Assembly: GCA_964188305.1 (NCBI GenBank)
Contig: OZ076895.1
Reading direction: 5' to 3' (one strand)
DNA: 64,000 nt
Origin: Podarcis bocagei
Taxonomy: Eukaryota
Shown here: piece by piece, positions 47,732 through 60,489 of the stretch
How positions within the stretch are numbered: position 1 is the stretch's first letter
Layout: each line of letters starts with the position of its first letter
Translations under genes and position numbers: made by a program
The notes under the pieces: model-generated
What the model was told of the DNA's origin: nothing
The model's input: only the letters and a program-made list of their open reading frames with translations
The model's database searches: none

Positions 47732-50126
47732 TAGCAGTATCTGCTTAAAAGGAGATGTCAGCAATAAGGCTCCTGTGCCTTTAATACTTGTCTAGAAGAG
47801 TGGTTCTTAGCACATCTGGTTTGTCATATCACAGTTTTGCAAGGATTTAAGAGACTGAATATTCCCTTGTCTGCACAACTATTCTAAGCACAGGGGCCCC
47901 TACTTTGAAAAGTTGGCCAATTCTGTGCTCATTGCCCTCATAAACCCTCCAGGTTGCACCAGGTACCTCCAACCACTGGTGGGACGTCATGCTTTTTAAA
48001 TATGACCATGTTTATTTTTGCTTGAGACAAACTCTTCACAGACAATTTGGCCGCTAGGCCTGGAGAACAAGATGCACAGAGTCCTAATAGTGTATTGAAG
48101 TGTTATTTTCTCCCTCACTGTTGCTTACACCTAATTTGTACAATAAACAGAATATGTGTTTGCAGCATCTTATTACAATCAAGGAACCAGCAGCATTTGA
48201 CAATGAGTTTATTCATCTATCAAATCATAGATGGGCGCCGTGCATGGGTGGTCATGGTCGTCGACGGCAGAATATAACCTGAGACCGTAGATTGCCGGCT
48301 AAATTATTACTTTTATGAAATCACCCTTAAAATGATATACAGTCAAATATTTTAACACACACAATTTAATTCTCAGAAGAAACTCAATTTAATGCTTGTA
48401 TAGTGTAGCCATAAGTCTTTTCTTTCAAGTGGATGAGTATTCCAGACGATGTAAACTACAAAATTATCATATGCTGCTGTAAAAAGCATTACTCAAATCC
48501 TGTAATGTTTCACATCATGGGCTATTAATAATTTAGCATAATTAATTCAAAACACTTCACGCGGCGTGAGCTGGGGAGGGGGAGGGGGAAACGATGCATA
48601 TTCCAGCCTTCAGTAGTGGAATTAAACACGAAAAACAAGGAAAAGATAAAGAGCTGCCAACACTTATTTGGAGAGTAATTCACCTATTTTGAACTTGATA
48701 TAAATTTCATGTTTTAAGACTTTCAACTAAATTCACAGACCTAAATAAAACCTTCCTTTGCAAGCAAATTGTTTAACATAATTATAGTTGTTTGTCAGCC
48801 CTATGAGGAAAAGGAACAAATTAATCAATGAAGGACAAAGCACAGTGATTAAACACAAGAAGAGCTTTGCACAGAGCCTTTAAAATGCAGCGCCGCTCCC
48901 CAAATTGCAGCGCTTCACTGCCAAATGAGAGGAGCCATGGCTTTGTCTGTAAACGTTTCCCTCTGCATATGCTTACAAGCACTCTGTTCGTCAGTCACTT
49001 TGCCATATGCCTCATTGCATGCCCAATAAGCGTGGGATGCCTTTGCCCGGTGGTGTTGTGGCCCATAGATTGCAGCAAAATAGTGGGCAATTTGCCCAGT
49101 ATCCTGTCTGCATGGGCTCATGGGAAAAAGCTGTCCCATAAGCCTTTGTACAGGGGAGGAGAGGAGAGTCTATATAAGGCTGCTTCCCCTGGAACTCAGG
49201 GCCATTTTGCCTTGAAAGCTTCCTACCCTTCCACCTTGGGGTTAGAGCCTTCACTGAGCAATTTTGGGTCACTGGTTAACAGGGCCAGAAAGGTCTCTTT
49301 TTTCTCTCAATCTGATTGGCACTTGGTTGGTTTCTCTCCCCACCCCACCCCCCGGCCCGGCCTTTCCCTTAGTGATATTATGGCTTGCCTTTGTTAGGTG
49401 AAAAAACAATGTTTGTTGAAGGCAGAAATAGCATTGGGCAGGATCAACATAGTATAGGGGGCCTGAGGGAAGGACCCCCCTGTTGAATGGTCTCTTTAAA
49501 TTTGAAGGTTCAACATTGTTCCGCAAGATGTGTATTTCTTTAAAGGCCAGAGCAAATAACGTGACCTAGTTTTACAGGTGTGAAGCAGTGTAGCAGGTGC
49601 TGTTAAGTTGTGGTAATTAAGTTGTTGGGTATGGTATATAAAGAGCAGCATGTAGCTCTCACAGTACCCTGATGGATGGGTCATGCTTATTGATATATTG
49701 TAATATAGTGTAAAAGGAGTTTTTGTTTTTGTTATTAAAACCTAGCAAAAGTTACTTTGGGGTTTATTGAAATGTGCGGTCCCCCCAGCATGCCTTCTGC
49801 AGTGCAACTAATCTGCAAATAGCCAACACCCCCCTGCTCAGGTAGGGGTATCTGCCTGGTTGGAATCTGCACCCTGGTTCCCCAGTGAGACCTTGCTTGG
49901 TTGGCTTGCACCATGGAAGGTTCAACATTGGGTGATTCCCATGGAACAGGTTTGGGGCAGTCCAAACCTGACAGATCCTTTCCATCAACACGGGGCTTGT
50001 GGAATGATGAACTGATCTTGGACCCAGCGCCATGCCAAGCCTTCCCCTGCCTGCTGCTGTCAATAAAGATTTGGCCTGATTTTATCCCACCACCGTTCTA
50101 CAGTGTGGTTATTTTGCTGCTCTCAT

Positions 50127-50272
50127 CAGTGGCGTAGCGTGGGGGTGCAGGGGGGGCCGGCCGCACCGGGCGCAACATCTGGGGGTTAGGGTTAGGGGGC
50201 GCAAATCCACGGGTTAGGGGGTGCAAATTACTTGCCTTGCCCTGGGTGCTGACAACCCACGCTACGCCACTG
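50127..50272. mobile_element. Young hAT MITE containing TTAGGG repeats
   Basis: Perfect 17-bp TIRs CAGTGGCGTAGCGTGGG / CCCACGCTACGCCACTG; perfect 8-bp TSD GCTCTCAT (50119-50126, 50273-50280). Confidence 0.95.
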
Positions 50273-51377
50273 GCTCTCATGAGTCACATAATGCACCTGC
50301 CTGGGCAACCTCCGCTCCCGTTCTAGGGCTTAGCTCTGGCATTTGAAATAGACACAAGCAAGTCATAACAAACCCGATTCTTCAGAGGAAGTTCAGGAGT
50401 ACACTTTTTTCTTTTTGCGAGTTCTTATTGATATTAGTTTGCAGCCTTCATAATTGTGAATAGGCCTCAGGGGTGATCACAGCCTTAACAAAGAGGCTGG
50501 ATTTTCTTTAGTTGTTAAATTTTTCCCACCAAATAGGGCGCAAGCTATCATGAACCTATCACTTGGTCCCGGTGCATGTGGGAAAGGTGATTAAATAATT
50601 GAACAACCAAAATATAAAGACACTTCCCCTGTAAATATATGTCCATGTATTCAAAGCATAACCTAGAATTGTCTTTCAAAAATATTATTCACTTGAGAAT
50701 TGCAAAAATACACATTAGACATAATCAGCAGTTGAAAGCTGGCGGCAGAAAATTGGTTCAGTCTCTCACCTGTTCAGAAATAAAGAGCAGATGGTACATA
50801 TATCACAAGGAGATCCAAATTCAGTTTGTGCGACACACAGGTGGTTGGTTCTTGATTTGTTTTAACAAAAACTGGCAGCACTCAAAAGCCAGTTCATTCT
50901 CCCATTATGCCAGCCATCCAGACACAGGAGGAATCCATCCCTGTGATTTAGACACAGTGACTATGAACTTCTGTCATTCCCATTGTTTTATATGCTGTAT
51001 CTTGCTAGCATGGCCAGAGAGCATAAAAGCTCATTGAACATGTGTGTTCAACGTGGTATTCAAGCAAAGAAACTGACACTGAATCTATTAAAAAGAATTG
51101 TCTGGCTGTTCCTTGCTCTTGTATTATGTTTAATACTGTGTGCAATGAGTAACTTCTATGAGAGAATATGCACAAAATGTTTGAACATTTGTGTGATGTA
51201 AAAGAAGTATCCACAAGATGTCTGAGCTTGCTATTGGTACATGAAAAAAACAGAGCAGAAGGGCCAACCTCTTATTTGAATAGCTATAAATAGTAAGAAA
51301 ATATTATTCTGAAGTTGGTGCAGAATGACTCCAGAGAACCAATAGCATCTGTTTTATGCTATTCTTGTTATATATTA

Positions 51378-51624
51378 CCGTATTTTTTTGCTCTATAACA
51401 CTCACTTTTCCCCTCCTAAAAAGTGTGTGCGTCTTATGGAGCGAATGCAGGCTGCGCAGCTATCCCAGAAGCCAGAACAGCAAGAGGGACTGCTGCTTTC
51501 ACTGCGCAGCGATCCCTCTTGCTGTTCTGGCTTCTGAGATTCAGATTTTTTTTTTCTTGTTTTCCTCCTCCAAAAACTAGGTGCGTCTTTTGGTCTGGTG
51601 CGTCTTATAGAGCAAAAAATACGG
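51378..51624. mobile_element. Tc1/mariner (pogo/Tigger-like) MITE, copy 2
   Basis: TA|CCGTATTTTTTTGCTCTATAA ... TTATAGAGCAAAAAATACGG|TA; inverted homologue of 23897-24154. Confidence 0.9.
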
Positions 51625-51759
51625 TAGTTGATTGGTCTGTTCAAAGTGTAGACGACTGCCATTAAAGCCCTGGGTTAGTTGTGGGAGACCTCCAGTCCAC
51701 GGGCCTTTTTCTGTAAAAGATATCCACCTGCCACACACCTGATGGCACTGTGAGAAGCA

Positions 51760-51993
51760 AAGTTACAGGAAACCAGGCAGAGGGCTGTCTCGGTAGTAGC
51801 TCCCACCTTGCGGAACGCCCTCCCATCAGATGTCAAGGAAATAAACAACTAGCTGACTTTTAGAAGACATCTGAAGGCAGCCCTGTTTAGGGATGCTCTT
51901 AATGTTTGATGCTTTATTGTATTTTTAATATTTTGTTGTGAGCCTCCCAAAGCAGCTGGGGAAACCCAGCCAGATGGGTGGGGTAATAAATAA

Positions 51994-52068
<75 letters not shown>
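51760..52068 (+). mobile_element. L2 LINE 3' end with a (TAT)n/(TAC)n tail
   Basis: RAVSVVAPTLRNALP...FRRHLKAALF-like coding remnant, the gggaaacccagccagatgggtggggtaataaa terminus, and a trinucleotide tail. Confidence 0.85.
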
Positions 52069-53436
52069 GTATATGTGATGGGAGTCAGAGTCCAACAACA
52101 TCTGAAGGTTAGCCACTCCTGCTTTAGGGACATCTGTTTTTATAATTCCACTGCTTCTGTCTTTATAATTCCACTGAGGTCAAAGAGATCTTACTCTTCA
52201 TGAGCTAAGAAATACTGAGAGAAGGTCACAGAAAGGCCCTTTTCATTTGTTTTCCTATCCACAACTGTGCTTCCTCACTGTACTTTTCCCTTGTCCAGTA
52301 AAAAAAGAGGGCTACAATGGTTCATCAATTAATGTGTTAGATTAATCAATTAAAAGCGTTTTGATGGATTAGAAAATCACCCTCATTTAATCAAGCAGCG
52401 TATTTCCCCTCCACAAAAAACCTTGTTAATAATTTTAAATGCAAGTACTTTAATATAAGTACATATATAAGTTTCACGGGTGACAGGTGCCATTTCCCTC
52501 TCTCTAACAATGGACATTATGCAGATGATGAATATGCTAACTGAAGTACACCTCAATTATGTTACATCTAGCAGGAAAGAATGTCTCTTCTGCTGCTAGT
52601 GTTGAATACTTTTAAATGTATTTCTTTTTCAGGCTTTTATATGTTACCCATATTAGTTTATAATGAGTTTTTAACAGTATGTCACTTAAGAGAGAAGTGA
52701 CTAATAAAATATATAAATGAATAAAACAATAACACAGTTCAAGTTTTTCCCTGTTTCCTACAATTTACAGATGGAGGCTGCAATCCTATGTACATTTAGA
52801 GAGTACGCACTATTCAACTTTTGTGTTAGCATTCATAGGATTGCACTGAGGCTCACTAAAAATGAGAGGGTATACCTTTGTCTATGGCAGATAGTGTTGG
52901 GATAGGCCAGTGACTTAAAGCAAGCCTTTCTGCTGCTGGGTGATATTGACTAAACTACGCTCTCATTCCTCATTAGGGATGGACAAAGAACGTGTTTTAA
53001 ATAGATTTATGCATGAAATTTGGTAGAGCTGACTCATCTGAGCTTTGCCTTCATTGGATTTTGAATGATGTGGCCCACTTCTTAAACTTCTACATCTCCC
53101 TGTATAGCTTCACTTTCTGCAATTCTTGCCTCCCTAAGACTTTGCAGTAGAAAAAACCGAGAACAGTAAGAGCCTAGCATGTTCTCAAGCCTTGACTTTG
53201 AGTGCTGCATTCTTTCATTGCAGTACCTGAGGACAGACTGGTCGTGTACCCACAAGAATCACCAGAGTAATGTGGTTATTAATATTGTGCATATGGAAGC
53301 AACAGGATGAATAAAAACTAACGCTTGAATTAAAAATTGTCCAGTCCAAAAATATGATTCCAAAGCTTTACTAACAGAACTTGTTCCAAAACAGACACTC
53401 AAAACACTAATGTTACATCCAAATGGTTGCATAATA

Positions 53437-53520
53437 TCATCATCATCATCATCATCATCATCAAACCTTTTATTGGCATCACATACAAACATCAAAAACA
53501 AATCAATACAGAATTACCAC
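53437..53520 (-). repeat. (CAT)n microsatellite, probably the tail of a minus-strand LINE end
   Basis: Reverse complement reads gccaataaaaggtttgatgatgatg. Confidence 0.6.
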
Positions 53521-53982
53521 TTCCCCAGTGGCACTAAACATTTACTAAAAGAAAGGAGGCAGAGCAGTCTATCGCATAATATCATGTGATTGTCCAAGCA
53601 CAGGTACAGCATGTTAGAAATATAAAATTACTTCAAACAGAGCTGAAAACAATAGCTCTTTCTCTCCCACAGCCTCCATTACAGCGTGAGGCTGTGTTCT
53701 CCTTGAGAGAGGATCATTAGCACACCTTCCTCTTGGGATGCTTGAGAATAAAGACTAGCTCACACACCCAAAATGGAGATTTGCAACTGAATACTTCTTA
53801 TGTGATGTAAAATTAAAGACCTCATGGCAGAGTAGCAGAGATACATTCCAAGTTAATTATCAACCTGCTGGCTCTCTGCAACTCCTTTGTTTAGCTACAG
53901 TGGAAGTTTCCATGTTATGCATTTAGCAGTACACACACAGAGTTATTTTCCATTTCAATGTACAATTAAACAGTTATACTTA

Positions 53983-54203
53983 ACAAAGAGGAGGAATGCC
54001 CACTGGGAAGAGTGCAGAGAGAAGGAACACCATGGTGCACCTGTGGCAACAAAACCAGATTTCTTCATCTGCCCCAACAGCAATAAAACATGTCTCTCCC
54101 ATGCTGGTCTCTACAGCCACAGCAGGTGCTGTAACTCTCCAATGATTTGACTTTGCCCCTGAAGGCACACTCTTCCACTGCCTCCTGAGACAGATGCTAA
54201 CAA
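53983..54203 (+). mobile_element. RTE-clade LINE 3' end with a zinc-finger-like remnant
   Basis: FICPNSNKTCLSHAGLYSHSRCC* followed by the 3' UTR gatttgactttgcccctgaaggcacactc...gagacagatgc. Confidence 0.75.
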
Positions 54204-54287
54204 TTTTTTAAAAATACATTCAGTTCACTTTCATCTTAAAGGAAAAAAAATTAACTGAAGTTATGCCACTGAAAAGCTCAAGGGTTT

Positions 54288-54301
54288 CCACTAGATGGCT
54301 G
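54288..54301 (+). promoter_or_regulatory. Candidate CTCF site
   Basis: CCACTAGATGGCTG closely matches the CTCF core; motif evidence only. Confidence 0.4.
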
Positions 54302-55563
54302 GCAAAATCCTACCTATGTAGGGAGCGCAAATAATACACTAAACTTTTCTTATGGTGCCAATTAATGTTGTACTTGCTTTTCTGCCATGTGATGAGTTAA
54401 AAAATGTATGAGCTGGATGCTGAAAAAGCCAAAGACAATCCCCCTTAGACTCTGCAGTTCTTCCCATTGATCTTTTTGCCCTCCCTGTGTTGGCAAGGAC
54501 TACCTATAGGCTATCACTCAGATCTTTCTCTAACAGATGGTTCTCTTTAATACTCAGAACCCAATCTGGCAATTCCCTTTAATATGTTTTAGACTGATGA
54601 ATACCCTGGACGGACAGTTAATTCATTCCCCTTCACCCGAAAGAAACATATGAAGAAAAAGTTAAGTCAACACATTCCTTTAGACTTGTCTTCCATATCT
54701 TGCACATCACATCCATCAGCAGATTTGTCAACATCAATTAGAATGCAGTTTCCTCACAAATGAACAGTATATAGGGAAACAAATCAAATTTTATTTATGT
54801 TGTCAGAAACTAAAAGAGCTATCTTTGTATTATTTTATGAACAAACTCTGTTGGGTAAACTAAGTACAATTGTGCACTTGTTTTTAATTAAAACACTGGG
54901 TGTCTTTTCAGGTTTTGTTCGGGAAGTGTCCTGGGTCTGATTAGCTAGGGCCTGCACTGAGAAGTTAATTTGACATCTAACATATTTTTCATGAGGTAAC
55001 TGTCATAGGAAGTTGTTTGTAAAAGCACTCTTTCCAGGGCCTGCGGGGCCTACAAAAAGTAACGGCTTATTCTGAAGCAGCATCTTTTCCAGGAAGTGCA
55101 TCTGCATAACGGTCTGAACAGCTCACAATAATGTCATTAAGCTGTGTGAATAAAAGAGGGGGTCCCAAAGATGTAGATAAAAATGTTTCATTGCCCAACT
55201 GTACACAAAGCAACAATAGAATTCAATCATAAAATAGTTTCAAAGCACATTAAAAAACAAGACCTAGAGAAAAGGCAGGAGGAAGGTAGAGAGAAAGTTA
55301 CAGATAATGAGCAGTGGTAATGCTGGTTTGGAAGATTTGATGTAATGGAAAAAAGCTAAGAATCAATGTGTATTTGAGGACAGGATATTGAAACATAGCT
55401 TTTAATGATAGTGTGTAGTGTTTATTAACTGCTTTCATTTACAACACATGACACAAGGTTAAATGATGCTGTCATTAGGCAACCACCCCATGCAATACGA
55501 TGGTAAGTATTTTTGTAGTTTTATATTGTAAACCACTCTGTGATCCTTGGATGAAGGGTGATA

Positions 55564-55799
55564 CAGTGGTACCTCCGATTATGAACTTAATTCATTCTGG
55601 AGGTCCACTCTTAATCCAAAACTATTCTTAACATGAGGCGTGCTTTCGCTAATGGGGCCTCCTGCTGCTGCCACGCCACGCGACTTCCGCTCACATCCTG
55701 GGGCAAAGTTCGCAACCAAGAGCTTCTACTTCTGGGTTAGCGGAGCTCGTTACCCAAAGCGTTCGTAAGGATGACTGTACTTAACCAGAGGTTCCACTC
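55564..55799. mobile_element. Tigger-like MITE (related to 38968-39846) inside an L2-type tail
   Basis: TA|CAGTGGTACCTC ... GAGGTTCCACTC|TA; shares gctaatggggcctcctgctgctgccac with that element. Confidence 0.82.
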
Positions 55800-57223
55800 T
55801 ATACGAATTTAATGAATAATAGTAAAAACCCATAGACATAGCAAAGAAGACTTGTATGCTGATCTGCCTTGCCTCTTCTTGCCTTTCATTCTTTAGACAG
55901 AAAACCAACACACTTTACCTCACGTCTCAAAAGATAGGCCTGATATAAAGTGCTACATCTACCTTGTGCTTATTTCAGAGTTGATTATTTTTTAAGGCTG
56001 TTGTTTCAGATGATTATAAGTGTAGGTTTGGCCAGTCATGAGGCCATGGAACCTTATTCAGCTGTCTGCCCCACCTCACTTTCCAAAGGATTTGACAGTT
56101 TACCACAAGTTATTGTGAGTGAAATTATCTTAGAGATTTCAGGGCTGCAGTGCACATTGTCTGCAATTCTCCCATTTCTTATGCGGTTGAAGTTCACAGA
56201 AAACGATTTCATATAGCCAGAGCCAGCTTATATAAAGGGAATAAAGAAGAGTTAAACATATTGAACCTTATCATTCCTTCTAATAGCTAACCTGTGGTTG
56301 AACGCCTGTAGGTTTGGAAGTAAAACACAGCCAACCAAAAATAAAGCAGTGGTTTCTAAATACGACATTAAAAACAGTTTGAAACAACTTACAAGCAAAA
56401 AAATGGATGGGGCCTAAAATATACATCTCAGTATGATGATGATGATGATTTTATATTATTTATATATTATGTTATTTTATAATGTAGTGCAGTGTTATCA
56501 TTTTAATTAATAATCATTGGGTATGCTTGCAGTATATATATTTCGGTATATATAGGTCCCTTGGTCCGTTTAGATAGCTCTCCATTGGCCAGATTAAAGC
56601 CAGCAACAAGTCCAATATACCCACCCACAACCAAGAGGTCAGTCTCCAGGTCTCACCTCAACACCTCTTTTAGGGAGGACACACTTTGTTGAATGCTTGC
56701 CATACTTTTTCGCTGAGTTTAATTGCTGCTCAGATATCCATACCATGAGATCCTCCATACCAAATTTCATAGTAATAGGAAAAGTCATTTTATGAGCTGG
56801 ATTTTCATGGTTTTATCATACAATCCCTCATAGAGCTGCCAGCTCTTTCTCATCCTGCCTTCACCATCTAAAAATGATATGGCAGCATAACTTACCCTTT
56901 TCTTTCCATTAACTAAAATGGACTTTTTTCACCCCTTAACCTTAAAACCTCAAAAGGTATTTCATATATATATATATATATTCCAGTAGAATTCTACACA
57001 TCTATTCAGAAGTAAGTCCCACTGACTTCCATGACACTTCCAGGCAAATGGGTATAGTATTACAACTACACCATTTCAGTCTCCAGAAAGGGAGTTGGTA
57101 CATTCTTTAATGCAATGCAACCATTTAATACACATATAACGCAAAAAAGTGTAAACAATCCTTCCTTTTCTAGACTTTTTTTAATGTTCAACTTGGCCAT
57201 TTTACTGTGTTGTAGGGCTGATA

Positions 57224-57538
57224 TACCTATCCATTCTTAAGGAAATCAGCCCCGAGTGCTCACTGGAAGGACGGATCATGAAGCTGAGGCTCCAATACTT
57301 TGGCCACCTCATGAGAAGAGAAGACTCCCGGGAAAAGACCCTGATATTGGGAAAGATGGAGGGCACAAGGAGAAGGGGACGACAGAGGACGAGATGGTTG
57401 GATAGTGTTCTTGAAGCTACCAGCATGAGTTTGACCAAACTGCGGGAGGCAGTGGAAGACAGGAGTGCCTGGCGTGCTCTGGTCCATGGGGTCACGAAGA
57501 GTTGGGCACGACTAAGAGACTAAACAACAACAACAACA
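57224..57538 (+). mobile_element. BovB LINE 3' end with a (CAA)n tail
   Basis: ORF MKLRLQYFGHLMRREDSREKTLILGKMEGTRRRGRQRTRWLD...; same family as 30366-30776. Confidence 0.93.
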
Positions 57539-58281
57539 TTGGTTCTTCTGGACAAGCTGTAAATTTTACACACATGATTCTCCATGCCAAATTTCATATC
57601 AGCATTATGAAGTTATCATATTTCACATCATCAAATCAGTTTTACGAGGAGTAGAAACAATAGCAGAACAATATAAAATGGTCACACCTTAACTTGCATC
57701 TTTCCTATACAGCACACCCATTGCTGTATGATTATACATAATATCTGTTACATGTCATATGTTATTTGGCCTTTTCTTGACCATCTATCTTTTCCTGACT
57801 CTCCTGTATATTAAGAGTATCCCAATGCCAGGTTCCTGACATATGCCAGGAAATCATCCATCTTGAAAGAAAATGTGCAGGTTCAAGTGCAATACTAGTG
57901 TGTAAAGGGTAGACTCTGACATTTCAAGATAATTGTAATGGTGTAGACTCAAACGTGAACTATCGTGATGGCTTTGACAGTGAGACAAATATTAGATGCC
58001 AAGAGACATAAATGGGTTTCCGTGTCAATCAACTGAATAACTTCTACAAAGATCTGACACACATAAACATCCGCCTGTGGAAACCTCCAGAATGTGGAGA
58101 ACAATATTGCTAAATGTTTTTCAGGCTGTCCAGAAATTTGCTACAAATTATTTTTATACATTTTGCATCCATACCTGCTACAAAGAAGCTCAGAAATGCA
58201 TTGACTATGCCCCTGTTTCTTAGGACAAGCACCATACTACTGCCAGCTATCAGGATCTAGATGGGGCTGTAAACACAGGTT

Positions 58282-58287
<6 letters not shown>

Positions 58288-58323
<36 letters not shown>
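58288..58323. repeat. (GT)n microsatellite
   Basis: Seen directly. Confidence 0.97.
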
Positions 58324-58325
<2 letters not shown>

Positions 58326-58351
58326 CAACTGTTCATTCTAGAACATTTTAC

Positions 58352-58962
58352 AGTGCGGCATAGTGGTTAGAATCTCAAACAAGGACCTGAGAGACATAGG
58401 TTCCTACTCAAATATGAACTTCACAGGCTGACTGTCTCTCAACCTGACTTACCTTACAGGTAGGGATGGAAGATCTGTCAATTTCAGTTTCTTGTCTCTC
58501 TCTCCCCCCCCATATCAAGTTCAGCCCTCCACATTTCTGCAGCAATTTCTGAATTTTTATTTCTGAAAATTCTTCAGCATATTAGTGCAAAATTATCCCA
58601 ATAAATACACTTTTGTGTGCAGCTTTGACTAATGCACACTTTCTTGCAAGCAGTTTCCCCTAATATAATGCCTTTTCGTTCACTAATATGTTCACTTTTG
58701 TCCAATATATGCATTTTTGTAAACATCGTTTGGGGAACTGCATTGCAAAATTTGCCTTAGGATGCTTGTGTTTTGGCTTTCTGTTTGTTTCAGAAACTAT
58801 GAATCTGATAGATTTACCTTTCAGTGTAAAGTTAACTGAACTTCTCTACCACATCTACTTACTGACAGATTGTTGTGAGGATAAAATGGGAGGGAGGAGA
58901 ACCTTTCATGCCACCTTGAGGCCCTTTGAGGAAAAGTGGGGTGTAAGTGTCATGAATACAAA
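58352..58962 (+). mobile_element. MIR/CORE-like SINE split by a TAGGGATG-ended DNA element (~58461-58857)
   Basis: The head ggcatagtggttaga...taccttacag resumes as attgttgtgaggataaaatgggagg...gccaccttgag after the insert. The insert ends are TAGGGATG / CATCTA. Confidence 0.65.
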
Positions 58963-59428
58963 TTTTGGATGGGCAGTTTTCCGATCAGAATTTGAATTGC
59001 CACTGATTTGAAGCTATCGGGTCCCTTTGCCTTTCCAAGAAAAACATTAACGTCATCAAACGAAAGATCTGGCCTGCCCCATGTGTTCAGTAGCCAGCCT
59101 GGGAGAGACCCAGTTCACAGGGAATCCCTTTAATAGCCCCAAGGTAAAGGCTCAGGTCATATAAAAACAAGCCCCACTGTTTGCAACTATGGAATGAGAA
59201 GCCTAGAGAAACCAATCCAAGAATGCATGACAATATAAAACCAGTATCAAAAATTTGACAAGTCTTAAGCAGTAGCAGATGGGGTAGCATCACACTGGCA
59301 CTCATCTGACCTTCCTACAGCTGAGTTACTTGCCAGGAAGGAAAGGGGAGTTCAGCATGGTGCAAATGCATGGGCAGGAATGCTGGATTGGCTCTACTGG
59401 TGCGTTTGCACCATGTCAGCCTCCTGGC

Positions 59429-59518
59429 CATAGCTGTCAACTTTTCCCTTTTCTTGTGAGGAATCCTATTCAGAATAAGGGAATTTCCCTTTAAAAAAGG
59501 GAAACGTTGACAGCTATG
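59429..59518. mobile_element. 90-bp hAT MITE
   Basis: TIRs CATAGCTGTCAAC / GTTGACAGCTATG; perfect 8-bp TSD CTCCTGGC. Confidence 0.93.
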
Positions 59519-60489
59519 CTCCTGGCTGCATCACACCTCCTGCTTTTCTTTCCAATACGCAGAAACAGGTCAGCAGATAGGAGGTCATTATGTCTTCAAG
59601 TGTTTTGCTTCTGGGGTAAACCTACAAATTAAAATTGTTGCTGAAATTTGTCTGCAAACTCATATCACAGTGAGCTGACAGTGATGCTCAACAGAAACAG
59701 GACAGATTTATCCGCTCTCCTTCACTACCTGGAATAGATCTGCTGGATGGAGCTTTTCAGATGCAATGGCTGCTGAGCAAAAACGCAAAACACGCATAGG
59801 ATTTTATTTAGCCTCACATGCTTTGAATAAAGAAGCATAAACAAAACTATGTGACTGTAGGAGTAGCAGGTTTTAAAAGGGAAACAATTTCTAACTGTGG
59901 CCATGACAGCTCATTTGACTGTTGAGGTTTTAATTGTGTTTTGTCACTTGAAATGAAATGCATTCCCAAGAAACTTTTTTCATCCCATAGCGGTTAGCCT
60001 CCCCTCTAATTGCAATGAACCTATGCCTTTAAAATATCTTAAGATGAACATCCTTATTACTAATTCATCACTGGGTTGTTTTGTTCATAATTAACACAGC
60101 TAATACAATGTGAGGTCAAGTAAAATGAAGGGTATGCAGAGGTTCAAAAACAAACAAATTGACCTCTTTTACATGTTCCATAAATACACACATGTAATAT
60201 ATTTATCTAATCTTCAGAAATAAACTAAGCCCTGACTTTTGTTACTAAGTAAAGCATCTGAAAGGTCTGAAGAATCCAGGCACTGTGCATGCTTTTTTAT
60301 GTCTTATATTTTCAAAGCATAATATAAAGGCTACTACTATTGAATGTATATTAATGATTTAGGAATATCATAAATAGGAATAACACAGGCAGAGGATCTT
60401 ATAGGGCTGAGAGATAACTGATAAAAAAAACGCTGCAGAAGGCTGCAGAGGCTTGTAACTCGTAACTGCTGCCTCCCATATTGTTTTGA

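Noticed and set aside
48867-49397. 176-aa plus-strand ORF
   Set aside because: TTG start, and a Cys/Ser/Leu-rich composition typical of translated non-coding DNA.
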